DNA of 64,000 nucleotides from an uncultured virus (IMG/VR IMGVR_UViG_2061766007_000116) (IMGVR_UViG_2061766007_000116), one strand, 5' to 3'. Shown: positions 29,995 to 40,458, counted from the first letter of the stretch. Numbers and translations: made by a program. Notes: generated by a model from the sequence alone, not told the origin.

Positions 29995-30581
29995 CAGTCG
30001 GTTGCCTCCTCCGCAGCCTGCGGGATGTACACAGCGCCATACCATCCGTCATAGACGGCAGCGTCGGTAGTATCACCCGTGCGGCACTTAACCAGCCCGT
30101 CCTCGCGGGGATCGGCGGTGAGGGACAGGGTTTCCGTACCCGGCTCGATGCTTGCCTCTTTGGTCTTGGACTCGATAGAGGGACGGGACGCCGTGCAGTT
30201 ATACAGCACATGGCGGATCGCGTTGACGTCACCGTCGAACTCGAACAGCAGGGCAAACTTTACGTTTTCCGTATTGTCGGCATGCTCAACGAGGACGCCG
30301 TTGCTGTCCAGATGGTCCTTGAGGATTTCCGTGCGGAACCACTCAGGGATCAGGGCGATCTCCAGATCGCCGGAATAGCCGTTGTTGGCAAAGGTGCGGA
30401 AGTACACAATGCCATCGGCGTAGAACGGAGAGCTCTCGCCCTGCGCGTCCAGCTTCAGGCTGACAGCGCCGGGGATGGCTTTCGGAGTACCATAGCTGTA
30501 CTCGGTCACGCCCTCCACAACCGATTCCGTCAGCACGGCGGCATGGACGTTTTTCAGGTTGTACTTGACTTTATTGCTCAT
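29994..30581 (-). CDS. Major tail protein (phi13 family)
   Basis: NKVKYNLKNVH, FYADG, NNGYSGDLEIA. Confidence 0.92.
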   Translation of the reverse strand: MSNKVKYNLKNVHAAVLTESVVEGVTEYSYGTPKAIPGAVSLKLDAQGESSPFYADGIVYFRTFANNGYSGDLEIALIPEWFRTEILKDHLDSNGVLVEHADNTENVKFALLFEFDGDVNAIRHVLYNCTASRPSIESKTKEASIEPGTETLSLTADPREDGLVKCRTGDTTDAAVYDGWYGAVYIPQAAEEATD

Positions 30582-30633
30582 TGGGAAACCTCCATTTCAA
30601 ATGAGTAAAGGACCTCATAGAGCNNNNNNNNNN

Positions 30634-30773
30634 TCCTGCTTCGGCGTCTCACCGCCGACTGTGGCATAGCAGGACAAGTACGGCTCCCATGCATTAACGT
30701 GGTTGCCGTACCTGTCATTTGACACGCTGTTTTTCTGGATGGTGATGCGGACATTCATCAGGGCAATGTTCAT
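30634..30773 (-). CDS. Head-tail adaptor, N-terminal fragment
   Basis: MNIALMNVRITIQKN...DRYGNHVNAW. Confidence 0.7.
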
Positions 30774-31051
30774 CAGAAAGCCGCCTCCCGGATGCCAAAG
30801 AGAAGTGAGCGGAGGGTCAGTGCCAGCTCATGATGGTCTGCTTCCTCCCGGTGCTCATAGAGATAGGCCACAGCATACAGGATGCCGATCCGCAGTTGAT
30901 TGGCACTGGCGGCAGCGGCCTCGCCGTCCGGCAGACGGGCGACCGCCATGCACAGCTCCTGTGCTGATGCCAGAAGCTGCTCCAGCAGCAGGTCGTCATC
31001 ATCAAAGCTGATGCGCAGATACTGTTTTATTTCGGAAAGGGATACCAGCAT
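30773..31051 (-). CDS. Head-tail connector (gp6-like)
   Basis: EIKQYLRI...AYLYEHRE. Confidence 0.9.
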   Translation of the reverse strand: MLVSLSEIKQYLRISFDDDDLLLEQLLASAQELCMAVARLPDGEAAAASANQLRIGILYAVAYLYEHREEADHHELALTLRSLLFGIREAAF

Positions 31052-31087
31052 GGCGGTCACCTCCTGACGTTACGGTATCTGCGGGAA

Positions 31088-32308
31088 TCAGGTGCCGGAC
31101 TGAGCGGTGCCCTTCTGCTGCAGGACCTTGATGGCCTCCGGCAGGATGAGCTTGCCGTCCAGACGCTTGGTGGCGAGGAAGCCAACCTGCGCGGTGTCGG
31201 CATAACGCTCGTTGAGGCGCTTGAAGGTGATGCCCTGACGGTCACCGATCCAGTAGAAGGAGAAGTCACCGAAGGCCACGGTCTTTGCGCCGGACGCGAT
31301 CTCAGGCATGAAGGGAGAGGTGTAGATGCGCTTGCCCAGCAGGGTCTCGAAGGTCCCCTCATGGAGGGCGGGTTGCCAAAGGTACTGGCCATTGCTGTCC
31401 TTCAGCTTGCGGATCACACGGACGGTGGAATCGTTCAGGACCCAAATGGCGTTCTTACGGTACGGGGCCTCCAGAGAGTAGAAGAGGTCGATGATCTCAT
31501 CAGCCGTGATCGCGGTCGCGCCAGCGGTGGTCACGCCGACCTGTGCGCCGCCAGTCTCCGCAAGGATGCCGAGAGGCTTGCCGCTGCCATCGCCATTGAA
31601 GAAGGCATCCTCCTCCTTGTTGCCGATGCGACGGGCAAACTCGGTGGTGAAGTAGTCCTCCAGATCGAAGGCGGAGTCGTTCAGGAGCTCCTCGGAAACC
31701 TTGATCAGGGTGCCGACCTTGTGAGCGCCGATGAGCTGCTGGCCGAAAGCGTCATCGCCTTCGGGAATAGCGCCTTCCTCATCGACCCACGAAGCGGTCC
31801 CCTTGGAAGTGACCACGGGGATCTTGTGGTTGCCGGAAGAAGTAGTGAAGACGTGCGCATGCTCACGCACGATGTTCTCCTGCTCCAGCGCCTGCACGAG
31901 AGTGTGCTCGAACTCGTCGGGGACGAGGTAGCCGCCCTCGGAATCCACACCGACCTGCAGGGCGTTTTTCAGCTCAGGGGTCATGGTATCCTTGCTCCGG
32001 GCCTGATTCCAGAAAGCCTTTTTATAGGCATCGGAAGCGCGGCCAGTCTTGGCATCAGCCTTGGGCGCAGCGGTGGGCTTTTCGGTGATGGGGGTGTTCA
32101 CGGGCTTGGACAGCTCGGCGTCCAGCGTCTCAAGGCGCTCCATCCGGGCGATCTCGTTGCCGAGGTTGGTGATCTCAGCCTCCAGCTTGGAATAGGTAGC
32201 GTCATCCTCCACAGAGAGGAAGCCGTCCGCGTTGCGGTTGGACTCCAGAAAAGCCTTGGCAGCAGCCAGCTTCTGAGCACGCTTGTTGCGAAGTTCGATA
32301 ATGGTCAT
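31088..32308 (-). CDS. Major capsid protein (HK97 fold)
   Basis: EGGYLVPDEF, N-terminal delta coiled coil, GDGSGKPLGI. Confidence 0.95.
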   Translation of the reverse strand: MTIIELRNKRAQKLAAAKAFLESNRNADGFLSVEDDATYSKLEAEITNLGNEIARMERLETLDAELSKPVNTPITEKPTAAPKADAKTGRASDAYKKAFWNQARSKDTMTPELKNALQVGVDSEGGYLVPDEFEHTLVQALEQENIVREHAHVFTTSSGNHKIPVVTSKGTASWVDEEGAIPEGDDAFGQQLIGAHKVGTLIKVSEELLNDSAFDLEDYFTTEFARRIGNKEEDAFFNGDGSGKPLGILAETGGAQVGVTTAGATAITADEIIDLFYSLEAPYRKNAIWVLNDSTVRVIRKLKDSNGQYLWQPALHEGTFETLLGKRIYTSPFMPEIASGAKTVAFGDFSFYWIGDRQGITFKRLNERYADTAQVGFLATKRLDGKLILPEAIKVLQQKGTAQSGT

Positions 32309-32323
32309 GTTTTTATCCTCCTG

Positions 32324-33058
32324 TCAGTTGTTCAAAAGATTGAGCCGCTCCATCAGCACATCGACGGAACGGCCCTGTTTGACTTTGGGCTCCTTCTTGG
32401 GAGCGGTTTTCTGTTTTGCGGTCAGCTTGTTCATGAGAGCGTTCTGGACGGCGCGGCCCGAAAAAGCATAGGCCGGGATGTCCGGGGAACGCTTCTCATC
32501 CGTAAGGAGGTCATCGGCAAAGCCGAGCTCGATGGCCTTTTTGGCATTCATCCACGTGGTGTCGTCCATCATGTGTGAAAGCTGCGCGTGGGAGAGGTTG
32601 GTCTTGATCTCGTAGGCGTTGATGATGCTCTCCTTGACCTCCTCCAGCATTTCGATGGCCTTCTGCATGTCCGTGTGGTCACCGAAAGCGCCAGTGGCGG
32701 GGTTGTGGATCATCATGAGCGCGGTGGGGGCCATAAGAACTTTGGTGCCTGCCATCGTGATAACCGACGCGGCGGAGGCCGCGATACCGTCGATCTTGAC
32801 GGTCACCTCGTCCTTATAGTCCATAAGCATGGAGTAAATCTGGCTGGCAGCGATACAGTCGCCGCCCGGTGAGTTGATCCAGATGGTAACCGGGCCTGTG
32901 CCTGCGAACAGCTCATCCCGGAACATCTGCGGAGTGATATCATCATCAAACCAGCTCTCGGCGGCGATGGTGCCATAGAGCTCAAGGACCCGCTCTGCGG
33001 CCCCGCCGCTGTCCGCCTGATTCGTCCACTTCCAGAACTTCTTGGCCTGTGAATTCAT
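32324..33058 (-). CDS. ClpP-type prohead protease
   Basis: INSPGG, AASAAS, MIHNP. Confidence 0.92.
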   Translation of the reverse strand: MNSQAKKFWKWTNQADSGGAAERVLELYGTIAAESWFDDDITPQMFRDELFAGTGPVTIWINSPGGDCIAASQIYSMLMDYKDEVTVKIDGIAASAASVITMAGTKVLMAPTALMMIHNPATGAFGDHTDMQKAIEMLEEVKESIINAYEIKTNLSHAQLSHMMDDTTWMNAKKAIELGFADDLLTDEKRSPDIPAYAFSGRAVQNALMNKLTAKQKTAPKKEPKVKQGRSVDVLMERLNLLNN

Positions 33059-34319
33059 CAGAGTCTGTATCCTCCTTTTCCGTAGTGTTGATATTTGCAA
33101 AAGCCCCCGCGTTCTGGAGTGGGAGCATATTGCCGTTGATAAGGTATAGGTCGCCGCCCAGCTCTGCCGGGATGCGGTCGAGGTTTTCCAGCTCACGGAT
33201 GTCGTTTGCGGACATCCAGCCATTCTGCCGTGCGGTTGCATAGCCGTTCATGCGGCTGGCATAATCGCCGCGCAGAAGGCCCTCAACATTGAATTTCACA
33301 AAGTACGTTTTCTTCTCGTCAGCGGTGAAGAGCGTCCTCTGAATAGACTGCTCCCAGCGCACCACCCACGGGTCCAGCGTGTACTTCACAAACTCCAGCG
33401 ACTGCTGCTCTATATTGGAAAAGCTCGACTTTTCCAGATCCCCGATCATGTGAGGGGGGATGCGGAAAATCCGGGCTATCTCATTGATCTGGAATTTCCG
33501 GGTCTCAAGGAACTGCGCCTGCTCCGGGGAAATGGAAATGGGCGTGTACTTCATGCCCTCCTCCAGCACGGCCACCTTGCCGCTGTTGGAGCTGCCCCCA
33601 AACTGCGACTGCCATGCCTCGCGCACACGGGACGGGTCCTTGATCGTGCCGGGGTGCTCCAGCACACCAGACGGCGCGGCACCATTGGCAAAAAACTTAG
33701 CCCCGTACTCCTCGGTGGCAATGGCCAGCCCGATTGCGTTCTTCGCCATAGCGATGGGGCTGTAACCGACCAGCCCGTCAAAGCCCAAGCCGGGGACGTG
33801 AAGCACGTCCGATGGCGGCAAGGTGACAACCGAGCCCTCCATCGTCGGCGCGTCTTCGCTGGACCGATGGTAGGTATAGTAGAGCTGGCCGCTTTTGTCC
33901 CGGTCGACGGACATTTTGTTTGGCATGAGCGGATACAGGGCGACGACTTCGCCTTTGCCGTTGCGGATGACCTGCGCATAGGCGTTTCCGAAGAGGAGCA
34001 GGTGCGTCATCAGGGTCTCGCGGAAAACGAAGGAGCTCATCTCCGGGTTTGGCTCATCATGCAGGAGCAGGTACAGCGGATGGTCCGTTGCTTTCTCTTT
34101 GCCGCCTTCCTCGGTGTATCGGTAGAGGTGGAGCGGGAGCCCCGCAATGGCTTCGGCCAGAATGCGGACGCAGGAGTAAACAGCGGTCATCTGCATGGCG
34201 GAGCGTTCCGTCACGCTCTTGCCGGAGCTGGACCCGCCCATCAGGAAGGTGTATGCGCTCCCGGATGTCCTGTTTTGGGGCTTGTCTCTGGAGCGGAAAA
34301 GGCCGCCGAAAATGCTCAT
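32982..34319 (-). CDS. Portal protein (HK97 family)
   Basis: VYSCVRILAE, GNAYA, FANGAAPSG, EIARIFRIPP. Confidence 0.95.
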   Translation of the reverse strand: MSIFGGLFRSRDKPQNRTSGSAYTFLMGGSSSGKSVTERSAMQMTAVYSCVRILAEAIAGLPLHLYRYTEEGGKEKATDHPLYLLLHDEPNPEMSSFVFRETLMTHLLLFGNAYAQVIRNGKGEVVALYPLMPNKMSVDRDKSGQLYYTYHRSSEDAPTMEGSVVTLPPSDVLHVPGLGFDGLVGYSPIAMAKNAIGLAIATEEYGAKFFANGAAPSGVLEHPGTIKDPSRVREAWQSQFGGSSNSGKVAVLEEGMKYTPISISPEQAQFLETRKFQINEIARIFRIPPHMIGDLEKSSFSNIEQQSLEFVKYTLDPWVVRWEQSIQRTLFTADEKKTYFVKFNVEGLLRGDYASRMNGYATARQNGWMSANDIRELENLDRIPAELGGDLYLINGNMLPLQNAGAFANINTTEKEDTDSDEFTGQEVLEVDESGGQRRGRRAGP

Positions 34320-34402
34320 GGGAATCAACTCCTTTATTGATCAGAAGAAATGTGCTATATTATGCCGTAGAAAATAATTTTTGATTTTTTTCAAAATAGG
34401 GC

Positions 34403-34434
34403 TTGACGGGGACAATCTCCCCAAGGTGTAAGCT
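34403..34434 (+). promoter_or_regulatory. MerR-type promoter with 20-bp spacer and dyad operator
   Basis: TTGACG-N20-TAAGCT containing GGGGA-N5-TCCCC. Confidence 0.65.
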
Positions 34435-34464
34435 GCACCTGAAATCAATTAGGAGGTGCTGCAA

Positions 34465-35160
34465 ATGCAAGCAAAAGAAGTGCTGGAGCTCCTGAATATC
34501 GACCGGGAGCGGCTGAAGTACTACAAGAAGAAGGGCGTTTTCTCGCCGGAGCTGGGTGCCCCCCGTGGGAACAACACCGAGTACACTGAACGCGACCTTC
34601 ACAATCTGAAGCGGCTGGAAGTTCTGACGAAGTCCGGCCTGACCTGTGATGACATCAAAGAGATCCAAGTCGGAGCCCTGACGCTTGGGGAAGCGTTTGA
34701 AAAGCGCCGCCAGATCATCATTGAAGACCTGCGGCGCAAGGAAAACGCTTTGAAGTTGTCAGAGACGCTTTTGGATGCGGGTGTTGATTACGAGACCATT
34801 CCTGCTGAATCCCTGTGGGATGCTGTGCGCCGCAAAGAAGATGCTGGCGAGGTGTTCATGGAAGTCGACTATGGGTATGTGGCCGTACCGCTTACCCGGA
34901 GCATCAAATGCCCCTGCTGCGGTGCTGTTCATGAGGTCGATCTGGAGGAGTTCCTTTATGATGAGACCTCAAACCCCAGCACCAGCGATAACGACATGGG
35001 GCCGGACATTGTTTACAGCTTCGATACGGAAGACAACCTGATCTGCGAACAGTGCGGCAAGGGCATCCGTGTCGAGGGCTGGATACGGGAGTATCCTGTA
35101 GGTGCATATGATTCGGAGCACATCAACATTGAAAGCGTAAATGAGGAGGAGCAAGAATGA
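34465..35160 (+). CDS. MerR family regulator with C-terminal zinc ribbon
   Basis: RLKYYKKKGV...YTERDL HTH, CPCCG...CEQCG. Confidence 0.8.
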   Translation: MQAKEVLELLNIDRERLKYYKKKGVFSPELGAPRGNNTEYTERDLHNLKRLEVLTKSGLTCDDIKEIQVGALTLGEAFEKRRQIIIEDLRRKENALKLSETLLDAGVDYETIPAESLWDAVRRKEDAGEVFMEVDYGYVAVPLTRSIKCPCCGAVHEVDLEEFLYDETSNPSTSDNDMGPDIVYSFDTEDNLICEQCGKGIRVEGWIREYPVGAYDSEHINIESVNEEEQE

Positions 35161-35441
35161 ACAGAAACGTAAATAGATTTTTCACTCAGGTCGGCAACAG
35201 CATCCGCGAGTCGTGGCCGGAGATCCAGCAGCGCCTGCGTGACGAACGTGAAGCAATAATTCAGGAAGCCTGCTTTGAGGAGCGGGAAAACAACATCGCC
35301 AAGGCAGCTCTTGCCCTCCTTGAAGTAGGGGCAGACGATGATACCGTTGTTCGGAAGCTGCAGGAGCATTGGGATCTCAGGCGGAGCGAGACCCGCCCCT
35401 TCCTGCAGTGGGCGCATCGGCAGATGGAAGCCTCGGCCTAA
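35157..35441 (+). CDS. Hypothetical protein
   Basis: GGAG RBS, ATGA overlap with the MerR gene. Confidence 0.65.
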   Translation: MNRNVNRFFTQVGNSIRESWPEIQQRLRDEREAIIQEACFEERENNIAKAALALLEVGADDDTVVRKLQEHWDLRRSETRPFLQWAHRQMEASA

Positions 35442-35495
35442 GCGGAAGCAGATCCCGACTGTCATTTATTCTTCAGATAAGGGAGCGTGAGAACA

Positions 35496-35966
35496 ATGGA
35501 CCCCCTTACAAAAGAACAGCGCCATAAGAACATGTCGCATATCCGCTCCAAGGACACGTCCATTGAAGTGGCGCTCAGAAAAGCCTTGTGGCATAAGGGC
35601 TATAGATACCGGAAGAACTACTCAGTTCTTCCGGGCAAGCCGGACATTGCCCTGACAAAGTACAAGGTCGCCGTGTTCTGCGACAGCGAATTCTTCCACG
35701 GCAAAGACTGGTTTACGGTCCTGCGGCCCCGCGTCCTCCGGGGGAATAATAGCGAGTATTGGGAAAAGAAAATCACCCGGAACATGGAGCGGGACCGCGA
35801 GGTAAACCTTGCACTCGCGGCGATGGATTGGACCGTCATCCGGTTTTGGGGCAAGGAAATCGAAAAGAAGCTGGACGATTGCGTGAAAGTCGTTGAAGAA
35901 GTGATCTTCGACAAACTTATCGGGGAGGAAGAGACCGAGCCGCTGGATTTCGACCAATTAAATTAA
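35496..35966 (+). CDS. vsr: Very short patch repair endonuclease
   Basis: RHKNMSHIRSKDT, LPGKPDI, FCDSEFFHG, KITRNMERD. Confidence 0.92.
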   Translation: MDPLTKEQRHKNMSHIRSKDTSIEVALRKALWHKGYRYRKNYSVLPGKPDIALTKYKVAVFCDSEFFHGKDWFTVLRPRVLRGNNSEYWEKKITRNMERDREVNLALAAMDWTVIRFWGKEIEKKLDDCVKVVEEVIFDKLIGEEETEPLDFDQLN

Positions 35967-36241
35967 ATGAACAGCAGCCCACGGCTGTCATAGACTGACT
36001 CGCTGGTGTCGTTGCCGCAGCGTATAGCCCGGTCAAGGGCCATGACTGCGGCCACGGCACCATCGATTTTCTCCGTGGACTTTTCCTTGTCGGGTTTAAT
36101 ATTCCCGGCAGGGTCGGTGCGGATATAGATGTTATCCATCATCCAGCGGAGGACCGGGTGGCCTGCGTGGGCGATCCGCTGTTCCAGCACGAGCTTCATC
36201 AGCTCTTTGGTCGGAGGGCTCATATCCTTGAAGCCCTGCCC
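35963..36241 (-). CDS. terL: Terminase large subunit, C-terminal fragment
   Basis: QGFKDMSPPTK...KIDGAVA. Confidence 0.88.
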   Translation of the reverse strand, partial: GQGFKDMSPPTKELMKLVLEQRIAHAGHPVLRWMMDNIYIRTDPAGNIKPDKEKSTEKIDGAVAAVMALDRAIRCGNDTSESVYDSRGLLFI

Positions 36242-36678
36242 NNNNNNNNNNNNNNNNNNNNNNNNNNNNNNNNNNNNNNNNNNNNNNNNNNNNNNNNNNN
36301 NNNNNNNNNNNNNNNNNNNNNNNNNNNNNNNNNNNNNNNNNNNNNNNNNNNNNNNNNNNNNNNNNNNNNNNNNNNNNNNNNNNNNNNNNNNNNNNNNNNN
36401 NNNNNNNNNNNNNNNNNNNNNNNNNNNNNNNNNNNNNNNNNNNNNNNNNNNNNNNNNNNNNNNNNNNNNNNNNNNNNNNNNNNNNNNNNNNNNNNNNNNN
36501 NNNNNNNNNNNNNNNNNNNNNNNNNNNNNNNNNNNNNNNNNNNNNNNNNNNNNNNNNNNNNNNNNNNNNNNNNNNNNNNNNNNNNNNNNNNNNNNNNNNN
36601 NNNNNNNNNNNNNNNNNNNNNNNNNNNNNNNNNNNNNNNNNNNNNNNNNNNNNNNNNNNNNNNNNNNNNNNNNNNNNN

Positions 36679-37078
36679 GAAGTCCTCGCGGGTGATCGCG
36701 GTGTTGTAATCCTCAAGGAAGAAGTGGTTTCTCAGGGTGTAGGCGTTCATCATGGTGGTAACCTCCGTTTGTTTTTGTAGTGTATTAATCACTCTAAACG
36801 GAGGATATAGCAAGTTATTTCTGCTGGATTTGGCGGCATAATACGTACAAATAATTCAGGGGGAAATGGTGTATATTATGAGGAAAAGCCCCAGCCGGGG
36901 CCTCCCTCGCGGAGCGGAATCAAAGCTCGATTGTCTCGCCTGTGATCACATCCACCACCGTGGCGCAGGGACCGAAGGCGGCTCGCATCTCGGCCAGCTC
37001 CTCGGCGCTGCGGGTGCGTTTGGCTGCGCGGTATTCTGCCAGCTCCTGCTCCACCTCGGCCTCCCGTGCGGCGGCTGT
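36679..37078 (-). other. Misplaced scaffold fragment that belongs in the 39627-39977 gap
   Basis: Left part duplicates 39499-39626. Right part encodes a plausible C-terminus (…VVDVITGETIEL*) for the ORF starting at 40131. Confidence 0.75.
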
Positions 37079-37088
37079 NNNNNNNNNN

Positions 37089-38417
37089 GGGAACAACTGT
37101 GAAACCTATGCTCTCCAGATTCTGCGCCATCTGTACCGCGCCCCAGCGGTCGAAAGCAATCTCCCGGATGTTGAAGCGTTCTCCGAGCCGCTCGATGAAC
37201 TTCTCGATAAAACCGTAGTGGACAACATTTCCCTCAGTGGTCTGCAGGAAGCCCTGCCGCTCCCAAATGTCATAAGGTACATGGTCACGCCGGACGCGCA
37301 GGTCCATATTCTCCTCTGGAATCCAGAAGTACGGGAGGATCACATACTTATCCTCCTCGTCCAGCGGGGGGAATACCAGCACAAAGGCCGTGATGTCCGT
37401 CGTGGACGAGAGGTCGAGACCGCCGTAACACACGCGGCCCTCCAGATCGTCTTCGGATACGGCAAAGGCGCAGCGGTCCCATTTGTCCATCGGCATCCAG
37501 CGCACAGCCTGCTTCACCCATTGATTCAGGCGGAGCTGCCGGAAGCTGTTTTCTTCAGCGGGATTCTGCTTTGCCGACTCACATGCGGCTTTTACCTTAT
37601 CGATCCCGACTGTGATGCCGAGAGAGGGGTTGGCCTTTTTCCATACCTTCGGGTCCGTCCAGTCATCGCCTTCATCCGCACCGTAGATAACGGGATAGAA
37701 GGTCGGGTCGATCTTACGGCCCTCCAGAATATCCTTCGCCTTTTGGTGTGTCTCGTAGCAGATGCTCTTGGTATCGGTCCCTGCAGTGGTGATCAGGAAG
37801 TAAAGCGGCTGCATACGGGCATCGCCGGAGCCCTTTGTCATAACATCAAAGAGCTTCCGGTTGGGCTGGGTGTGCAGCTCATCGAACACGACACCGTGGA
37901 TGTTGAAGCCATGCTTGGAGTACGCCTCTGCCGACAGTACCTGATAGAAGGAGTTGGTCGGTGTATATACGATGCGCTTTGTGGCCGTCAGTATCTTGAC
38001 CCTCCGGTTGAGCGCCGGACACATGCGGACCATGTCGGCGGCAACGTCAAACACGATCCCGGCCTGCTGGCGGTCTGCCGCGCAGCCATACACTTCGGCC
38101 CGTTCCTCACCGTCCCCGCAACAAAGGAGCAGGGCCACGGCTGCGGCCAGCTCCGACTTGCCCATTTTCTTGGGGATTTCGATATAGGCGGTGTTGAACT
38201 GCCTGTACCCGTTGGGTTTAATCGTTCCGAAAATATCCCTGATGATCTGCTCCTGCCAATCGATCAGCTCGAAGGGCTTTCCAGCCCATGTGCCTTTTGT
38301 ATGGCAGAGGCATTGAATAAAGCCGACTGCATAATCCGCAGCGGCTTTGTCGTAGTGGGAGTCCTTCACCATGAAAGGTGTGGGCTTGTACTTCTTCAGT
38401 TTGCGGATGATGCTCAC
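37089..38417 (-). CDS. terL: Terminase large subunit, main part
   Basis: Walker A PKKMGKS, Walker B VVFDELH, ITTAG, GGLDLS. Confidence 0.95.
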
Positions 38418-38516
38418 CTCCAGAGGGCATGAAAAAAGGCCGCATCCCTGCGACCGTGATCATTCTGTGTAAGAGGAACAGAGCCCTCCGGCTCCGTCCT
38501 CAGTTATGTCGGTGTG

Positions 38517-38699
38517 TTAAAGCAATTCCCAGCAGGCCCAATAATCGTATTCTTCGCCGTGGACCGTGATCGTGTTGCCTTCGTCAAAGAAATCCCGGAG
38601 CCATTCGTCGTAGGACTCAGGATCGCCGCACTCGTCGGCTTTGCGCTCCAGCCAGTACCGAAGGTCGGAAACATGGGAAAACTGATACTCAATGCTCAT
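38517..38699 (-). CDS. Small acidic hypothetical protein
   Basis: GAGGAGG RBS, followed by a hairpin at ~38473-38501. Confidence 0.65.
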   Translation of the reverse strand: MSIEYQFSHVSDLRYWLERKADECGDPESYDEWLRDFFDEGNTITVHGEEYDYWACWELL

Positions 38700-38712
38700 C
38701 CCGGCCACCTCC

Positions 38713-38901
38713 TCACTTGCTGGCCTTGCCGAGCTCGTAAGCGGCCTGCAGGATCGCTGCAATGCTGCCCACCGAAACCTCGATGAAATCCTCGCTGTCG
38801 CAGTTGCGGTATTCCAAGTCGCCGCGCTGCTCAACCGCGTACATATACTCTTTGGCGATATTCAGGAGCTGGGCTTCCGTCTTCTTATTGAGCTTCTTCA
38901 T
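38713..38901 (-). CDS. Small protein, DUF6900-like
   Basis: LEYRNCDSEDFIEVSV...AAYELG, directly after a repeat promoter. Confidence 0.65.
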   Translation of the reverse strand: MKKLNKKTEAQLLNIAKEYMYAVEQRGDLEYRNCDSEDFIEVSVGSIAAILQAAYELGKASK

Positions 38902-38936
38902 TTTCTTGTCCTCCGTTTTCGGTGTTTTCCCTTTCG

Positions 38937-39035
38937 GTAGTGTATTAATCACTCTAAAACGGAGAAATAGCAAGACAATTCGACGCCATAAAGTACACAA
39001 ACATCCGCTTCTGGCCTTGTGTATTTTATGGCGTC
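38937..39035 (-). promoter_or_regulatory. Repeated promoter/palindrome unit
   Basis: Core TGTATTAATCACTCTAAA, -35-like TTGCTA, 19-bp inverted repeat around a 16-bp spacer. Confidence 0.85.
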
Positions 39036-39038
39036 ATT

Positions 39039-39248
39039 TCAGAAAACCAGTCTATCCAAAACCGTCTCGATTCCCGTACTCCAATCATGGGCAGTCAGGA
39101 TAATCCGGCTGTAGAGCTCCGCGCTGTCCGGCTCGTCGAACATGCGCAGGACGGATCTGGCTGTGGCCCCGTCCGTGTACTGCTGGATGCTGTCGATCCC
39201 GCCACGCAAGTCATGGAAAGTGATCTCGTAGGTGGTTTCAGGCAGCAT
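39039..39248 (-). CDS. Small hypothetical protein
   Basis: GGAGG RBS. Confidence 0.6.
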   Translation of the reverse strand: MLPETTYEITFHDLRGGIDSIQQYTDGATARSVLRMFDEPDSAELYSRIILTAHDWSTGIETVLDRLVF

Positions 39249-39249
39249 C

Positions 39250-39573
39250 TCAGGCCCTCCTGACATCAACCAGCCAACTGGCCTCCGGGTGGGCGGTGCC
39301 TGTGGTCTTTTCGATCTTCATGCAATCCTCCATGATGTAGTGCAGGTGTTTGCCAACCTTGATGAAGCGGATACCCTCGTAGCCGGGAACGTCGGTGCGG
39401 TAGACGCTGGCTGTGCGGCTCTCGCCGTCGTAGCTTTTGCCGTCCCAGCCGTTGAAGGTGAAGGTGACCTTTTCCTTCGTCTTTGTGAAATGTGCCTCAA
39501 AGTCCTCGCGGGTGATTGCGGTGTTGTAATCCTCAAGGAAGAAGTGGTTTCTCAGGGTGTAGGCGTTTGTCAT
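39250..39573 (-). CDS. Hypothetical protein
   Basis: AACGGAGG RBS after a repeat promoter. Confidence 0.7.
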   Translation of the reverse strand: MTNAYTLRNHFFLEDYNTAITREDFEAHFTKTKEKVTFTFNGWDGKSYDGESRTASVYRTDVPGYEGIRFIKVGKHLHYIMEDCMKIEKTTGTAHPEASWLVDVRRA

Positions 39574-39596
39574 GTCGGTAACCTCCGTTTGTTTTT

Positions 39597-39626
39597 GTAG
39601 TGTATTAATCACTCTAAACGGAGGAT
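39597..39626 (-). promoter_or_regulatory. Repeated promoter unit (truncated by gap; full allele at 36777-36880)
   Basis: Same 18-bp core. Confidence 0.8.
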
Positions 39627-39977
39627 NNNNNNNNNNNNNNNNNNNNNNNNNNNNNNNNNNNNNNNNNNNNNNNNNNNNNNNNNNNNNNNNNNNNNNNNNN
39701 NNNNNNNNNNNNNNNNNNNNNNNNNNNNNNNNNNNNNNNNNNNNNNNNNNNNNNNNNNNNNNNNNNNNNNNNNNNNNNNNNNNNNNNNNNNNNNNNNNNN
39801 NNNNNNNNNNNNNNNNNNNNNNNNNNNNNNNNNNNNNNNNNNNNNNNNNNNNNNNNNNNNNNNNNNNNNNNNNNNNNNNNNNNNNNNNNNNNNNNNNNNN
39901 NNNNNNNNNNNNNNNNNNNNNNNNNNNNNNNNNNNNNNNNNNNNNNNNNNNNNNNNNNNNNNNNNNNNNNNNNNNNN

Positions 39978-40131
39978 GGACCCGCCCGATGCAGTTCCGG
40001 GCAATGCCGTCCGCGTCGATGGTGATCTGGCCGTTTTCAAGATCGGCCTTGACCTTCGCCAGTTCCTTTTTGGCTTCCTTCTGCCAGAAGGGGCCGAGGC
40101 TTCCGCTAAGCTCTCTCTGGAATCTCGTCAT
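39978..40131 (-). CDS. Hypothetical protein, N-terminal part
   Basis: GGGAGG RBS, MTRFQRELSG..., runs into a gap. Confidence 0.65.
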
Positions 40132-40146
40132 CGCCGCGCCCTCCCG

Positions 40147-40332
40147 TCAATCGCTGACCCGGATCGTCAGGTATCCGGTGCCGTCCTGCCAGAAGCGGAA
40201 CTCGGTCCCGCCGCTCTTCTCGTGCATCCGCTTGGCGGAGGCGGTGAGGTTTGCAACCGTCTTCTTCCCGAAATACCACTCGGTCAGGCTCTTGGTGGTC
40301 TGTGCGTGGTTGGTTTTGTAGGTGATGGTCAT
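40147..40332 (-). CDS. Small basic hypothetical protein
   Basis: First gene after a repeat promoter. Confidence 0.65.
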   Translation of the reverse strand: MTITYKTNHAQTTKSLTEWYFGKKTVANLTASAKRMHEKSGGTEFRFWQDGTGYLTIRVSD

Positions 40333-40354
40333 TTTTGTTTCCCCCTTCGTTTTA

Positions 40355-40458
40355 CTACTGTATTAATCACTCTAAAGGGGAAATATAGCAAGACAATTCT
40401 GCATCATGATCGGCCATAATCTGCACAATCATTCAGGCCGTAGATTGTGTACATTATG
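40355..40458 (-). promoter_or_regulatory. Repeated promoter/palindrome unit
   Basis: Same core, CATAATCTGCACAA-N16-TTGTGTACATTATG. Confidence 0.85.

Noticed and set aside
25726..30773. Tape measure gene split by head-tail genes, suggesting a rearrangement or shufflon
   Set aside because: Fragment 28158-28959 is flanked by N gaps, and its ORF ends join those at 30623 and 30634. It is a misplaced contig.
35963..38417. TerL apparently interrupted by an insertion or intron
   Set aside because: The intervening 36679-37078 piece is bounded by N gaps, duplicates 39499-39626 and fits the 39627-39977 gap, so this is scaffold misordering.
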